Both the position numbers and the translations under genes were made by a program. From the human T2T-CHM13v2.0 reference genome, Homo sapiens, in the NCBI RefSeq assembly GCF_009914755.1, contig NC_060939.1: a stretch of DNA of 64,000 nucleotides. The stretch is one strand, 5' to 3'. Position 1 is the stretch's first letter; each line of letters opens with the position of its first letter. The notes under the pieces were generated by a model, which was not told where the DNA came from, did no database searches, and saw only the letters and a program-made list of their open reading frames with translations. Below, piece after piece: positions 30,290-43,269 of this stretch.

Positions 30290-33200
30290 CCTGGTAAGGA
30301 GTAGGGAGCTCTCAGGCCAGAGTCCAGGCAGTGTGAAGACGGCACCGAAGCTTCATAGCTTGAGAAACTGAGAAAAGCACCATTTCACATGGAAGGCTTA
30401 GTTTGAAAATCACAGCCAAAGCGAAGTAGGGAAGGCCTGGAGAGGGAGAGCCAGCCATAGTTCTCAGATCATGGAATGTGGGCAAAGTAGCCTGTGTTTG
30501 AAATTACAGCCAAAGCAAAGCTAAGAGAACATCCCCATTGAGGCCTGGTCTGGTTTGGCAGTCTGTTTCAGAGGGTGAGGAGAGTGTCTATGCACGAAGC
30601 CTGCCCTGCATGAGGGAATAAGCCCACGCAGGAGGAGGAGGGCAAGCACTGGGTGGGCGAGCCTGGCATACAAAGTTCGAGCTCACACAGTGCTAGGAGG
30701 GTTCCCCCACAGGAAGGCATACACAAGGTGAAGATGAGGGGGGCATTCACTTGATAAGGTGACCTGTTGTGGAAAAACAGCCCAAGCAAGGTCAGGAAGG
30801 CATCCATGTACTGGGATGGCCCAAAATGGGGAGTCAGAACCTGAACAGGAAGAGGAGAATGCCAGCAGGGAATGGAAGCAGTGGCAGCAATGGGAGACAT
30901 AGTGGGAACTTAATCCAATAAATACATATACCAAGAGTAATGGAACCCGAGTTTCTCTCTGTTGGAGATGGGAATTACGAGTACAAAAAAAAAGGAGAAA
31001 TAATCCCTGTGGTATGATTGCAATTGAATGTATTAGTGTGAACTACTGATTTTCAAAGTATATCTATAAATACAACTATATACATATATAAACATGTATA
31101 TATGTACTTACTGTATACCTACATATACACACGTGTGTGTGTGTTTGTGTGTGTATATATATTCTCTGCTTCTACCCACCAAGAGGCCTGGGAACAGTGA
31201 CAGCACAATAGCAATGAACACCCTCTGCACCCAGATCTTGGCTTCTCCATACTATTTTCTACTGAAAGGAACCAGAGCTACTTGGGAAAATGGATACTTC
31301 CAGAGACAGACAGGGAAAGTGTAAGATAGGATTGGAACACTTGTGGCAGAGCAAGGAGGTGTTCAAAGAATGATGAGAACATGTCAAAAAGACACAAAAT
31401 CCAGCTTGAATGTTTTTATACTGCCTAATTCTGGGATGATTTGAGTAAAAATTTAAAAAAAATGAATTACAACCCTAAAATAATGAATTACAACCCAAAC
31501 GAAAAAATTGGAAAATTAGAGTTCATACACATTGTGTTTGATCATGAATGATATATTTTGATCATTAACGGTAATATATTACATAGCATTTAAGTATGTG
31601 TTTCACAAAATTATAAAATTAACTATAAAATTAATTATAATTTAAAAATAGTATATTTATAATTCAGCTGGGCCAATACTACCTTAATCAACAGATCTAT
31701 ATGAACAAATTTAAAAAATGAGGTATCTCAAAATTATGCATCTCATGATATAATGCAGTGAGATTATATCAGTTTGTCATTTTCACAAAAATATACAAGC
31801 TAAATCCAATCACAAGAAAACATCAGACAAACCCAAATTAAGAGAGTTCCTACAACATAATAACCCTATAATAATCCAAAAGTGCAAATTCCATTGTGTC
31901 CAGAATTGGTGGGTTTTTGGTCTCACTAACTTCAAGAATGAAGCCACAGACCCTCGTGGTGAGTGTTACAGTTCTTAACGGCAACGTGTCCAGAGTTTGT
32001 TCCTTCTGATGATGAGATGTATTCAGAGTTTCTTCCTTCTCGTGGGTTCGTGGTCTCGCTGGCTTCAGGAGTGAAGCTGCAGACCTTCACACTGAGTGTT
32101 ACAGCTCATAAAGCCAGGATGAACCCAAAGAATGAGAAGCAGCAAGATTTATTGCAAACAGCAAAAGAACAAAACCTCCACACTACAGAAAAGGATGCAA
32201 GAGGGTTGCTACTGCCAGCTAGGGCAGCCTGCTTTTATTCTCTTACCTGGCCCCACCCACGTCCTGCTGATTGGTCCACTTTACAGAGAGCCAATTGGTC
32301 TGTTTTACAGAGAGCTGATTGGTCCATTTTGACAGGGTGCTGATTGGTGCATTTACAATCCCTGAGCTAGACACAAAAGTTCTCCACCTCCCCACTACAT
32401 TAGCTAGATACAGTGTCCACACAAAGCTTCTCCAAGTCCCCACCAGAGTAGCTAGATACAGAGTGTCAATTGGTGCATTCACAAACCCTGAGCTAGACAC
32501 AGGGTGCTGATTGGTGTGTTTACAAACCTTGAGCTAGATACAGAGTGCCGATTGGTGTATTTACAATTCCTTAGCCAGACATAAAGGTTCTCCAAGTCCC
32601 CACCAGACTCAGAAGCCCAGCTGGCTTCACCCAGTGGATCCCGCACGGGGGTGCAGGTGGAGCTGCCTGCCAGTCCCATGCAATGCGCCCGCACTCCTCA
32701 GCCCCTGGGTGGTGGATGGGACTGGACACCATGGAGCAGCGGGCAGCGCTCGTCCGGTAGACTCCAGCTGTGCAGGAGCCCAAGGCGAAGGCAGGGAGGC
32801 TCAGGCATGGCAGGCTGCAGGTCCCGAGCCCTGCCCCACGGGGAAGCAGCTAAGGCCTGGCGAGAAGTCGAGCACAGCATCTGCTGGCCCAGGTGCTAAA
32901 CCCCTCACTGCCTGGAGCCCGCGGGGCCGGTTGGCCACTCCAAGTGTGGGGCTCGCTGAGCCCACGCCCACCCAGGACTCACGCTGGCCAGCAAGCCTCG
33001 CAGGCAGCCCCGGTTCTGCCCGTGCCTCTCCCTCCACACCTCCCGACAAGCTCAGGGAGCCGGCTCCAGCCTTGGCCAGCCCAGAAAGGGGCTCCCACAG
33101 TGCAGCTGCGGGCTGAAGGGCTCCTCAAGCGTGGCCAGAGTGGGCGCCAAGGCCAAAGAGGTCCCGAGAGCGAGCGAGGGCTGTGAGTGCTGCCAGCACG

Positions 33201-33500
33201 CTGTCACCTCTCACCATCAAAGTCCAGAAAAGACTGATAAACTACTCCAAACGAAAGTAAACCAGAGACAGGAATTCTTAATGCATGCATAGTTCTGGAC
33301 TCCATCATTTTGCTGTAAAATATTTTAATGAGGCAATTGATTGATCTTAAATGGGGTGTAAAGATTGAATGGCAATAATTTAACAGTATCTATTTCCTGA
33401 TATTTTGATGGTTGGATTGTAATAACACTGAAAGGCTCTTTGTATGTATGAAACCACACTAAGATATGTGAGAAAAGTTTTCTGCAATGTTATGACTTCA
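30290..33500 (+). mobile_element. L1MC-type 3'UTR fragment, split by the LTR12C insertion
   Basis: Motifs gcaatgaacac..cacccagatcttgg..aaaggaaccagagct and catcagacaaacccaaatt; sequence resumes after 33214. Confidence 0.65.
31895..33213 (-). mobile_element. ERV9 solo LTR, LTR12C-like
   Basis: Minus strand starts TGAGAGGTGACAGCGTGCTGGCAG and ends GGACACA; 1319 bp; exact 4-bp TSD CCAT (31891-31894 and 33214-33217); seven CCAAT boxes. Confidence 0.93.
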
Positions 33501-34978
33501 AACTAAAAAAAAAAAAAGTGTAAGGAAGTTCTGCAGATCCTCTTTATCAGATTAAGGAAATTGCCTACTATTCCTAGTTTAATGGAGAGTCTTTATCAAG
33601 AAAGGTATGCAATTTCATCAGATGCTTTTTTTTGTATCTATGAGATAATCATTAATTTTCTCCTTTACTCTTTTAACATGATAAATGACATTGATTTTTC
33701 AAATGTTAAGCAATATTTGTATTCCTAGGATAAACACTGCTTGGTCATTTTGCTTATACTTTTTACCTGTTACTGCATTTGATTGCCCAATATTATTATT
33801 AAAAATGTGTGTGCCTATGGTCATGAGTGTTTTGGTGTATGTTTGCCTTTTCTCGCCTAGTTTTTGTATTAGTGCGATGCTGACCTCAGAAAGCAAGGTT
33901 CCATGTGTGTTCCTTTCTCCTGTAATTTTTGAAAGATTTTTCTGTAGGATTGTCATTACATCTTTCTTAAATATTTCCTAGAATTTGCCAATGAAGCCAA
34001 TGAAGTTTGAACATTTTAATTTTTAAATAATAAATACATTATCTTCAGCAGACATAGGCTATTTAGATTTCTAACTTATTTCTGAACTTATTAATAAAAA
34101 ATATTTATAACATTCCCTTATAATTTTTAAAGTTTGTAGTGCATGTAGTTATGCTCCCACTTTCTTTTCTGATATTAGTAGGTTGTGTCCTCTTTTTTAT
34201 ATTGATGAGTCTAGCTAAAAGTTGCTTACTTTCATTCATCTTTTCAAATAATCTGTTTTTGGTTGCACCACTTTGCTCTATTGTCTGTTTTGTATCATTG
34301 ATTTCTGCTTTTGTTTTTACTATTTCCTTTCTTCTACTTTCTTTGGGCTTACTTTGCTTTTTCCTTTTCTAGTTTCTTAGGATTGAAGCTTAATGATTTT
34401 TAGGACTTTTCTAATACGGGCATTTAAAGCTATGTATTTCTAAGCTGCAGTAGTATTCCAAAAGATTTAGTATGCTATATTTTAATTTTAATTTACTTCA
34501 CTATTTTCTCATTTATTTTGATTTTTATTAGCCATAGGTATTTAGAAGTATGTTCTCTAACTTCAAACCATTAAAAGATGCTAGATTCTATTTTGTTATT
34601 TTTAATTTTGTTATAATCAGAGAACATATTTCCTATAGATTCAGCTCTTCTAAATTTGCTGTGATAAAATTTCTGACCTGTGCATGGTTTAGGTTGGTGA
34701 TTATACCATGCACACTTGAGCAGATAGTGGATTCTGTTCTTTGGAGTATTGTATAAATGTCAATTAGGTTAAGTTGGCTGACAGTGATGTTTGGGTTTTA
34801 TATATCCTTACTGATTTTCTGTGTACTTGTTTAGTCAATTACTGAGAGGGGAATGTTGATGTCTTTAAATATTATTATTATTTGTCTATTACTTCTTTCA
34901 ATTCTTTGAGTTTCTGCTACTTGCCTACTTGTCTTTTCAAACTGTTATTTGGTGCATAGGCATGCAGGAGTTTTACGA

Positions 34979-35224
<246 letters not shown>

Positions 35225-35454
35225 AATGAATTGTCTCTTTTATCATCTGAAATGTTCCTCTTTGTTGCTGGTAGTATTCTTTGCCTGGAGCCAGCTTTGT
35301 CTTATCTTAGTAAGTACTCCAACTCTTTTACAATTTTTCCTTTTATTTCAACCTATTTGCTTAGAGTTAAAATCTTTTTTGCGGGCTTCATTTAGTCAGG
35401 CCAAGCTTCTTTAATCATGTCTGATAATTCCTTCCTTTTAGCTGGACTGTCCAG

Positions 35455-35750
35455 TTCAGATCTATTTAATAGAAATGTAATGTAAGCCACACACTGAAAT
35501 TTTCAAAAACATTCTGTAGCCATATTAAAAAGAGGAAATAAGTGGCATTAATTTTAGTAACATTTTATTTAACCCAATATATCCAAAATATATTTCAACC
35601 TTTAATCGATGTAATGAAAAAAAGTGTCATAGTAAGTATTCAAAATCTGGTGTGTTTTTGACACTTGCATTGCATCTTAATTTGTGGTAGGTCCATTTCA
35701 GGTGCTCAATAGTCACAAGTGGCTATTAGCTACCATTTTGCACAATGCAA
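35455..35750. mobile_element. MER33-like hAT-Charlie DNA transposon
   Basis: aatagaaatgtaatgtaagccaca...tttatttaacccaatatatccaaaat...gtgctcaatagtcacaagtggcta. Confidence 0.75.
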
Positions 35751-35894
35751 ACCTAAACTACCTGTATTTAATGTCATTATTGAAGTGGTAAAGTTTAAGC
35801 CAAGCATCATTACTTTCTTTTGTTTTGTTTTCTGTTTGTCTCATGTGTTCATTGCCCTTTCCCACCTTTTCTTGCCTTTTAAAAAATTCATTTC

Positions 35895-36189
35895 GGCTTG
35901 GTGCAGTGGCTCACACCTTTAATCCCAGCACTTTCGGAGGCTGAGGCAGGCGGATCACGAGGTCAAGAGGTCAAGACCATCCTGGCCAACTTGGTGAACC
36001 CCGTCTCTACTAAAAATACAAAAATTAGCTGGGCGTGGTGGCACATGCCTGTAGTCCCAGCTACACGTGAGGCTGAGGCAGGAGAATCACTTCAACCTGG
36101 CAGGCAGAGGTTGCAGTGAGCCGAGATCACGCCACTGCACTTCCAGCCTGATGACAGAGTGGGACTCCATCTCAAACAAAGAAACAAAC
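35895..36189 (+). mobile_element. Alu (Sc-like)
   Basis: Alu consensus with gaggtcaagag..gaccatcctggccaac. Confidence 0.93.
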
Positions 36190-36757
36190 CCCTCAAATCG
36201 TTTTTTTTTTTTAGCATTCAGTTCCATATTTACTGTGGGGTTATAAACTATGCCTTTTTTCTGGTGTTTAAGGTTTACAACGTTTAAATACAGGCTAGTG
36301 TCAAATACTATAATTCTATTTAAAAGTTTAATGCAAGAACCTTACCACAGTGCAATTGTATTACCCCCAAATTGTGTGCTATTTTCTTATATTCTATATA
36401 TGTTAAAATACCATAACACATTGATATTGCTATATACCTTTCAAGAAATATTTTAAAAAATAATTTTCTACATATTTGCTGTTTATAGCACTCTTTATTA
36501 CTTTGTAGTTATACAAGTTTTCATCTGACATCATTTTGTCCAAAGAACTTACTGTAACATTTATTCTACAGCACATCTGCTAGTGACAATTCTAGCTTTT
36601 CTTGACTGAAAATCTTGTTTGCCTACATTTTCATGAGATTATTTTGCTAGATGTAAAAGTCAAAGTTGACAAGCTCTCTTTTAGCACTTTAAAAATAGTA
36701 GTCCCTTGTTATTTCATAAAAATTAATAACAACTTGTGTATTTCAATAAATTAATAA

Positions 36758-37097
<340 letters not shown>

Positions 37098-37752
37098 CTT
37101 AACATCTTAATATACACCACCTGAGTTGGCTTTAAGTTTTTCCGTCTATCAATACTTATCACCAATTTTATCTTGATGTTTCTAGATGTGCTTTTTTGTT
37201 GATCCTTCTTGGAATTCATCGAGCTTCTCAGGTCTGTGTGTTTATAGCTTTCATCTCATTTGGATAATTTCCAGCTAACATTTTCAAAAACATTTTTCCT
37301 CCCTTCTTGGGAAACTCCAATTACACATATGTGTGACACTTCGATATAGTCTCACAGGCCTCTGAATACTTTATTTTTTTCAGTGTGTTTTTCCGCTGTG
37401 CTTTAGTTCAGATAGCCATATTATTATGTTTTCAAGTTGTCTTTTTAAAACCTTTATATTTTTATGTTTACACAGTAGGTATATGTATTTATGTGGTACA
37501 TATTTTGGTACACGCATACAACGCATACTGATTACATCAAGGTAAATGGGGTATTCATCTCCTCAAGCATTTATCATTTGTGTCACAAACATTCCAGTTA
37601 TATTTTGTTATTTTTAAATGTACAATAAATTATTGATTGTAGTCATCCTATTGTGCTATCAAATACATCTTATGCATTGTAACTATATTTTGTTAGAATT
37701 ATGCAGTTATGTAATTGTATAATTTTCTAACATGTGTAATTATATGAGAGAG

Positions 37753-37779
37753 AAAAACCACAATTTGCACCAACCTAAT
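37753..37779. mobile_element. MADE1 (mariner MITE) half-element
   Basis: aaaaccacaatttgcaccaacctaata resembles the MADE1/Hsmar1 terminal inverted repeat ending in TA. Confidence 0.55.
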
Positions 37780-40700
37780 ATATATTCTTTGTGAAATCGC
37801 TAGGTTTTTCCAAATATAATATTGCATCATCTGCAAACAAGGACAATTTGACTTCTTCCTTTCCAATTTGGATGCCCTTTCTCTTGTCTGACTGCTCTAG
37901 CTAGGATTTCAAGTACTATGTTGAGTAACAGTGGGGACAATGGGAATCCCAACTTCTCTTGTCTTCTGCATTATGCAATTTGCTTTGAATCTTGTCCGGT
38001 GACACCATCTTTTCAGAAATTGTATTTGAGCTCTAAAAATTTCATTTGGTTCTTCTTATATATTCCATTATTGCCTTCATTGTGTTCATTTTTTATTTAA
38101 ACCATTAAGCTCATCAACAGTAGTTTTATCATTTTCTTGTCTGGTTATTCAATCATTTCTTGCGCTGTTATTATGAGTGTTTTTTTTTTCGGCTTATGGT
38201 TACATTTTCCTGAATTTTGGTATGCTAATAATTCTTTTCAGACTCTGCACATTGTGAATTTTATGTTGTTCTGTGCTGTATTTTGCCATCTTCTTTTAAA
38301 GGGTGTTTGTCTTTATTCCAGCAGTTGTTATGTAATGGATCAGTTTGATCTTTTCGAGAGTAGTTTTAAAGTTCTTCAAAGGGAAGGTCTAAGGTGGCCT
38401 TTAACCTAAAGCTATTTTAGTCCTACTACTAAAGCATTACCCTTCTGGGATACCTACTTAATATGCCCATTTAATGGTCCTATTTAATGGTCTTTATATG
38501 TTTAATAAAGATCCTCCATTCTTGCTGATTAGAATTAGAAAGTCATCTAGTCTTGTGTAAACTCCGAAAATCATATAGGTTGTAGGTCCCGGCTTATTGT
38601 CTATTCAGCTCTGTGGAGACTCACTCTATGCATGTACAGCTTAATACTCATCAACAAATGCAAGAGAACCCAGATGTCTTGAGCTCTCTCTCTGCAAAGC
38701 ATCCTCCTCATTCTATAATTCGGCAAATTTAAGTTGCTGCATTTTCTCAGAACGCTGATCTCTGTCCTCTCAATCTAGTGATCTGCCATGTCCTGCTTAA
38801 GATTCTTTTCACCACACTGTAGTCCATAAAGGTCTCTATGCAAAAAGCCAAGTCAATTGTAGGGTTCTTGTTTCCTTTCTCTAAGGGATCACAGTACCGA
38901 ACTACCTATTGTTTAATGACTACGTACAGTTGTTTCATAGGTTTTCTTCAGCTTTTCTAGTGACTTATGATACAAAAGCAAGTCTAGTCACATTTACTTC
39001 ATTATTGCTGGAAGGAGAACTCAAGCTGATTTTGATTACAGAGAAATGACTATTGATGTTACTAAGAGCAATTACTGAGAGTAATTGTCATTGTTCTCAT
39101 AACACTGAACTAAAAGCAGCAAAGGTTCTTATCTCAGTATCTCATTAAATTCATAACTTTACTAGCGAAGTATGTTTATATATCCTGTTAAGTATATTTA
39201 CACCTATGGCAAAATCCTAATCAGAAAAACTAATTAAAACCCTTGTCTCTGGAATAGTTGCTGAAATGCCAATAGGGAGAGGGGAAAGACGTGACCTGCT
39301 TGGCTAATTTTTAACTAATCAAAGAAATAGAAGACAAGAATTGCCCTGAAGAACATGATTACTGGTGATAACGTAAAATATTTTTCAATAATAAATCATA
39401 TAGTTTGTTGTCATCTTCCGCCTCTGGAACATTTTACCATCCAAGGTTTCCAAAAATACTCTACTTACACCACAACCACCACAAGAGCTTAATCCAATGA
39501 TGATACAGTGTGCATTTCCGACATATTACCCAGATTTTAACATATTCAGTAACAATGGACTTAGAAGTCTATCAGTCAATCAGTGATTTCCAAAACATTA
39601 ATTTCTTTTAAGATTCATGCCATGGTTCCCTTTTTCTTCTTCTCCTGAGTCATTCTTTGTGTGGGTCTCCTTCCTAACTTGACTAAATAGCAATGATGAT
39701 CACAAATAGTGAAAAGATGGCCTAATACTCACAAGTATAAGCTGGGTGCAACGAGAGACACAGAAAAAATAAAGAACTGTTTTGTGTTTTAAGATCATAC
39801 AAATAGGAAACTGACACAAGCTTGAAAGCCTAACTCCACCATAGGGCTGCATCTTAATGAAAAGTGTAAATCAAAACACAAGTAAAAAGACGAAAAAATC
39901 TTGCACCATTTCAATACATCTGAATTTTTGAGTAGTCTCTTTAGCTTGAGAGAAACACCCTAGCCCTTTCTTTTACGAAGTACACACTGAATTATCAGAG
40001 GTAAAAAGACATGATGTATGCAAGCTATATCGAAATATATTGGCAAAAATAATTTGTGTGTGTTTATATTTGTAGAGTCAGATGAAAAAACAATGTGGAA
40101 CAATATTTTAAACTGCTACATCTGAGTAACGTGCATGGTAGTTCTGTATGATTTTTGCAACTTTCCAGTAAGTTTGAAATAATTTCAAAATAAGTTTTTA
40201 GAAAATACACTGTAGCATTTAACATGTTAATGTGTTAAATTATATTTCATTATACGTTACATTTAAGTATATAATATAGTCTAAATCATAAACCATGGAT
40301 TTTAACATTCTATATACAGCAATAAATTGTGAAACTTAAAATAATGTACTCTACAGTCCACGTCTTCAACACATGTACTGTAACTTATATTAATATTTAA
40401 GCTTCACAATTACTCCCTTATATAATAGTATATAGCATGTTGAAATACATGATACATAATTTAAGCAAATAAGGTTGTTATCTAAAACGTTTAGAAGCCA
40501 GTCTGAAAATGCTTTCAGGTTTCTGTCTCTTTATAGTTAAGCATCCATTTAAATTACACCGTTTTTGAAATCTACCTTATCCTAGCCATTTGGCTAACAA
40601 ATTTATCGAACAAAAATATAAATGTAACACACTTCTTGCCTTTTAGCAGCTTGTGATAGTGGAATTTCAAAGCCTATGTAAGAACTCAAAGAGATTATCC

Positions 40701-40899
40701 ATTTCTTTCCATGAGATTTAAGAAGAAAGACAACAGCACACTGTAAAGCTTCACTAAGAAAAAAATGGGAGCCGCTGCAGCCAAGCATTAACATAAGAAC
40801 CCTACCAAGGTAAACAAAAAGAGAACTTAACGAGACGGAACAAATAGAACTTCAAGACGCCCCTACCTACTATTGGATCCACAACTTACACTGAGCAGC

Positions 40900-41591
40900 A
40901 GGTTATTGGTCTCACGAACTTCAAAAATGAAGCCGCAAATTCTCCCAGGGAGTGTTACAGCTCTTAAGGATGCAGTACCTGGAGTTCCTTCCTCCAGCTG
41001 TTAAGACGGGTCCAGAGTTTTTTTTTTTTCTCTTCTGGTGGATTGGTACTCTGAGTTCATTATCTATGTGAAGCTGCAGACCTTTGCAGCGAGCGTTACA
41101 GCTCTTAAAGGTAGCGTATCCTGAGTTTTTCGTTCCTCCCGGTGGGTTCGTGGGCTGGTTACTCTAGCCGACTTCGAAAGTAAACCCACAGACCTCTGCA
41201 GCGAGTATCACAGCTCATAAATAGAGAGCCGTCCCAAAAAGTGAGCAGCAGCAAGATCTACTGTAAATAACCAAATAACAAACATTCCACAGACCCAAGC
41301 ACATTGCCACAGATGCTTCGCGGGGCCAGCATTTATTCCCTTAGTTGGCCCCGCCCACATCCTGCTGATTGGTCCATTTTACAGAGTGCTGATTGGTCCA
41401 TTTTACTGAGCACTGATTGGTCCATTTTGCAGAGTGCCGATTGGTCTGTTTTTACAGCGTGCTGATTGGTGCTTTTACACACCTTTAGCTAGACACAGAG
41501 CACTGATTGGTGTGTTTACAATCCTTTAGCTAGACAGAAAAGTTTTTCAGGTCCCCACCCAACCCAGAAGCGCAGTCAGCTTCACCTCTCA
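40900..41591 (-). mobile_element. ERV9-family solo LTR, short LTR12 type
   Basis: Minus strand starts TGAGAGGTGAAGCTG; six CCAAT boxes, mostly at about 24-bp spacing; U5 repeats tgttacagctcttaa; 3' boundary uncertain (about 40890-40902). Confidence 0.88.
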
Positions 41592-42667
41592 TTACTAAAG
41601 TCAGTTGCTTACCTGCTAAGAAAAGTCATGGAGTGGTGACAGAAGAAGAAGATACAAACTTTATTCCACCAGATCAGCTGACTTTAGCCTGCAGAGTGCT
41701 AGAATAGCAAGCATTTCAGCCATCCATACTACAATTGTGTTCTTTGACTATCATTTGGAGACATTCATAGAGCCACAAAAGTACACTTGTTAAATAGTAG
41801 CTTCAGTTATCAGCTGAAGACAAGTGCAATGTGCTAGTTAAATGATAACACCACGAAGAGGGAGGGAAGTGGAGGAGGGAAGACTCTACTCTCCTCGTGC
41901 AAAGAACTTCTACTGAGGTAATAATAATGTGTATGGATGGCCCCCAGATACCCAAATGCTTGTGCAGATCATTAGACTTCCTACTCTTGTGTAACTAGCT
42001 TTTATTCCTTAAGATTATGATTTTTAGATTTCTCCCTATTAATAAATGTGGCTCCAGTAAATTTGCACACACATATAAATATGTCTTATCAAAGAATATA
42101 TACATCTTTGTATTTACTAAATATTGACAAAAATTCTTTTCCAAATGGACTGTATCAATTTACAGTTATAATAGCAGAGCTTGAAACTTCTCTTTGGTCT
42201 ATATATTCAATAATTCTCTGTAATACCAAGAATTACATTTTTGTCAATTTGTTCTATAATGAAATAGTAGTGCGGTGATAATTTGCAGTTCCCTGTTTAT
42301 TTGTAACTTTAGAAATCTTTTCAGATTTTCTGACTGTTTATATTTGCTTGTACCTTCAGACAAAGACAAACTTTATTTTTCTTACTGAATCATAGGTTAT
42401 GGATTGTCACATGCTAATTTTTGGTACAAGTGCTTCACATGCTAAGAATGTCAACCTCCCCTTTTTCCTGTGTTATTCTGCTTTTATTCTCCTTTGAATT
42501 TTGTTTATTCACAGGGTTTTGCAACCAACACCACGATCTCTGTTTATAACATTTTCATCCATCTAAAAGAAGCCCTGTAAACATTAGCAATCAAACCCAG
42601 CCTCACTACCCGCTGCTCCCACACCAACCTTCCTCAGCCCGAAGCTTCTCATTGTATTTTTAAGCTA

Positions 42668-42853
42668 TTTTTATCTTATTTTATTTATTTATTATTTTTG
42701 AAAGAGGGTCTCGCTCTGTTGCCCAGGCTGGAGTGCAGTGACACCGTCATGGCTCACTGAAACCTCTGCATCCCAGGCTCAGGTAATCTTCCCACCTCAG
42801 CCTCCCTCACCTCACCTCAACTGGAACAACAGGCACACGCCACCATGCCTGGC

Positions 42854-42894
<41 letters not shown>

Positions 42895-43009
42895 TAGAGA
42901 CAGGTTTCACCTGTTGCCCAGGCTGGTCTCGAACTCCTGGGCTCAAGTGATCCACCCACCTGGGCCTCCCGAAGTTGTGGGATTACAGGCGTGAGCCACC
43001 GCTCCCAGC
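42668..43009 (-). mobile_element. Alu (J-type)
   Basis: Reverse Alu; TSD-like cttctcattgtatttttaa / ctcctcatcgtattttttaa. Confidence 0.92.
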
Positions 43010-43046
43010 TCCTCATCGTATTTTTTAATGACTATTAGAAACATAC

Positions 43047-43269
43047 CGAGACCATCCTGGCTAACACAGTGAAATCCCGTCTCTACTAAAAATACAAAAA
43101 AATTAACCGGGAGTTGTAGCGGGCGCCTGTAGTCCCAGCTACATGAGGCTGAGGCAGGAGAATGGCGTGAACCCGGGAGGCGGCGCTTGCAGTGAGCCGA
43201 GATAGCGCCACTGCACACCAGCCTGGGCGACAGAGCGAGACTTCGTCTCAAAAAAAAAAAAAAAAAAAA
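43047..43269 (+). mobile_element. AluY, 5'-truncated
   Basis: Starts at cgagaccatcctggctaac; CpG-rich; pure A tail. Confidence 0.92.

Noticed and set aside
32270-32600. Regularly spaced repeats resembling a repeat-spacer (CRISPR-like) array, also seen at 41360-41530
   Set aside because: These are the standard U3 CCAAT/GATA tandem repeats of ERV9 LTRs; the intervening sequences are not unique spacers and the DNA is human.
39069-39087. 8-bp inverted repeat caattact/agtaattg, plus short 12-21 bp tandem repeats (about 4436, 25899, 31461, 38469)
   Set aside because: They are short enough to arise by chance or ordinary slippage in AT-rich DNA.
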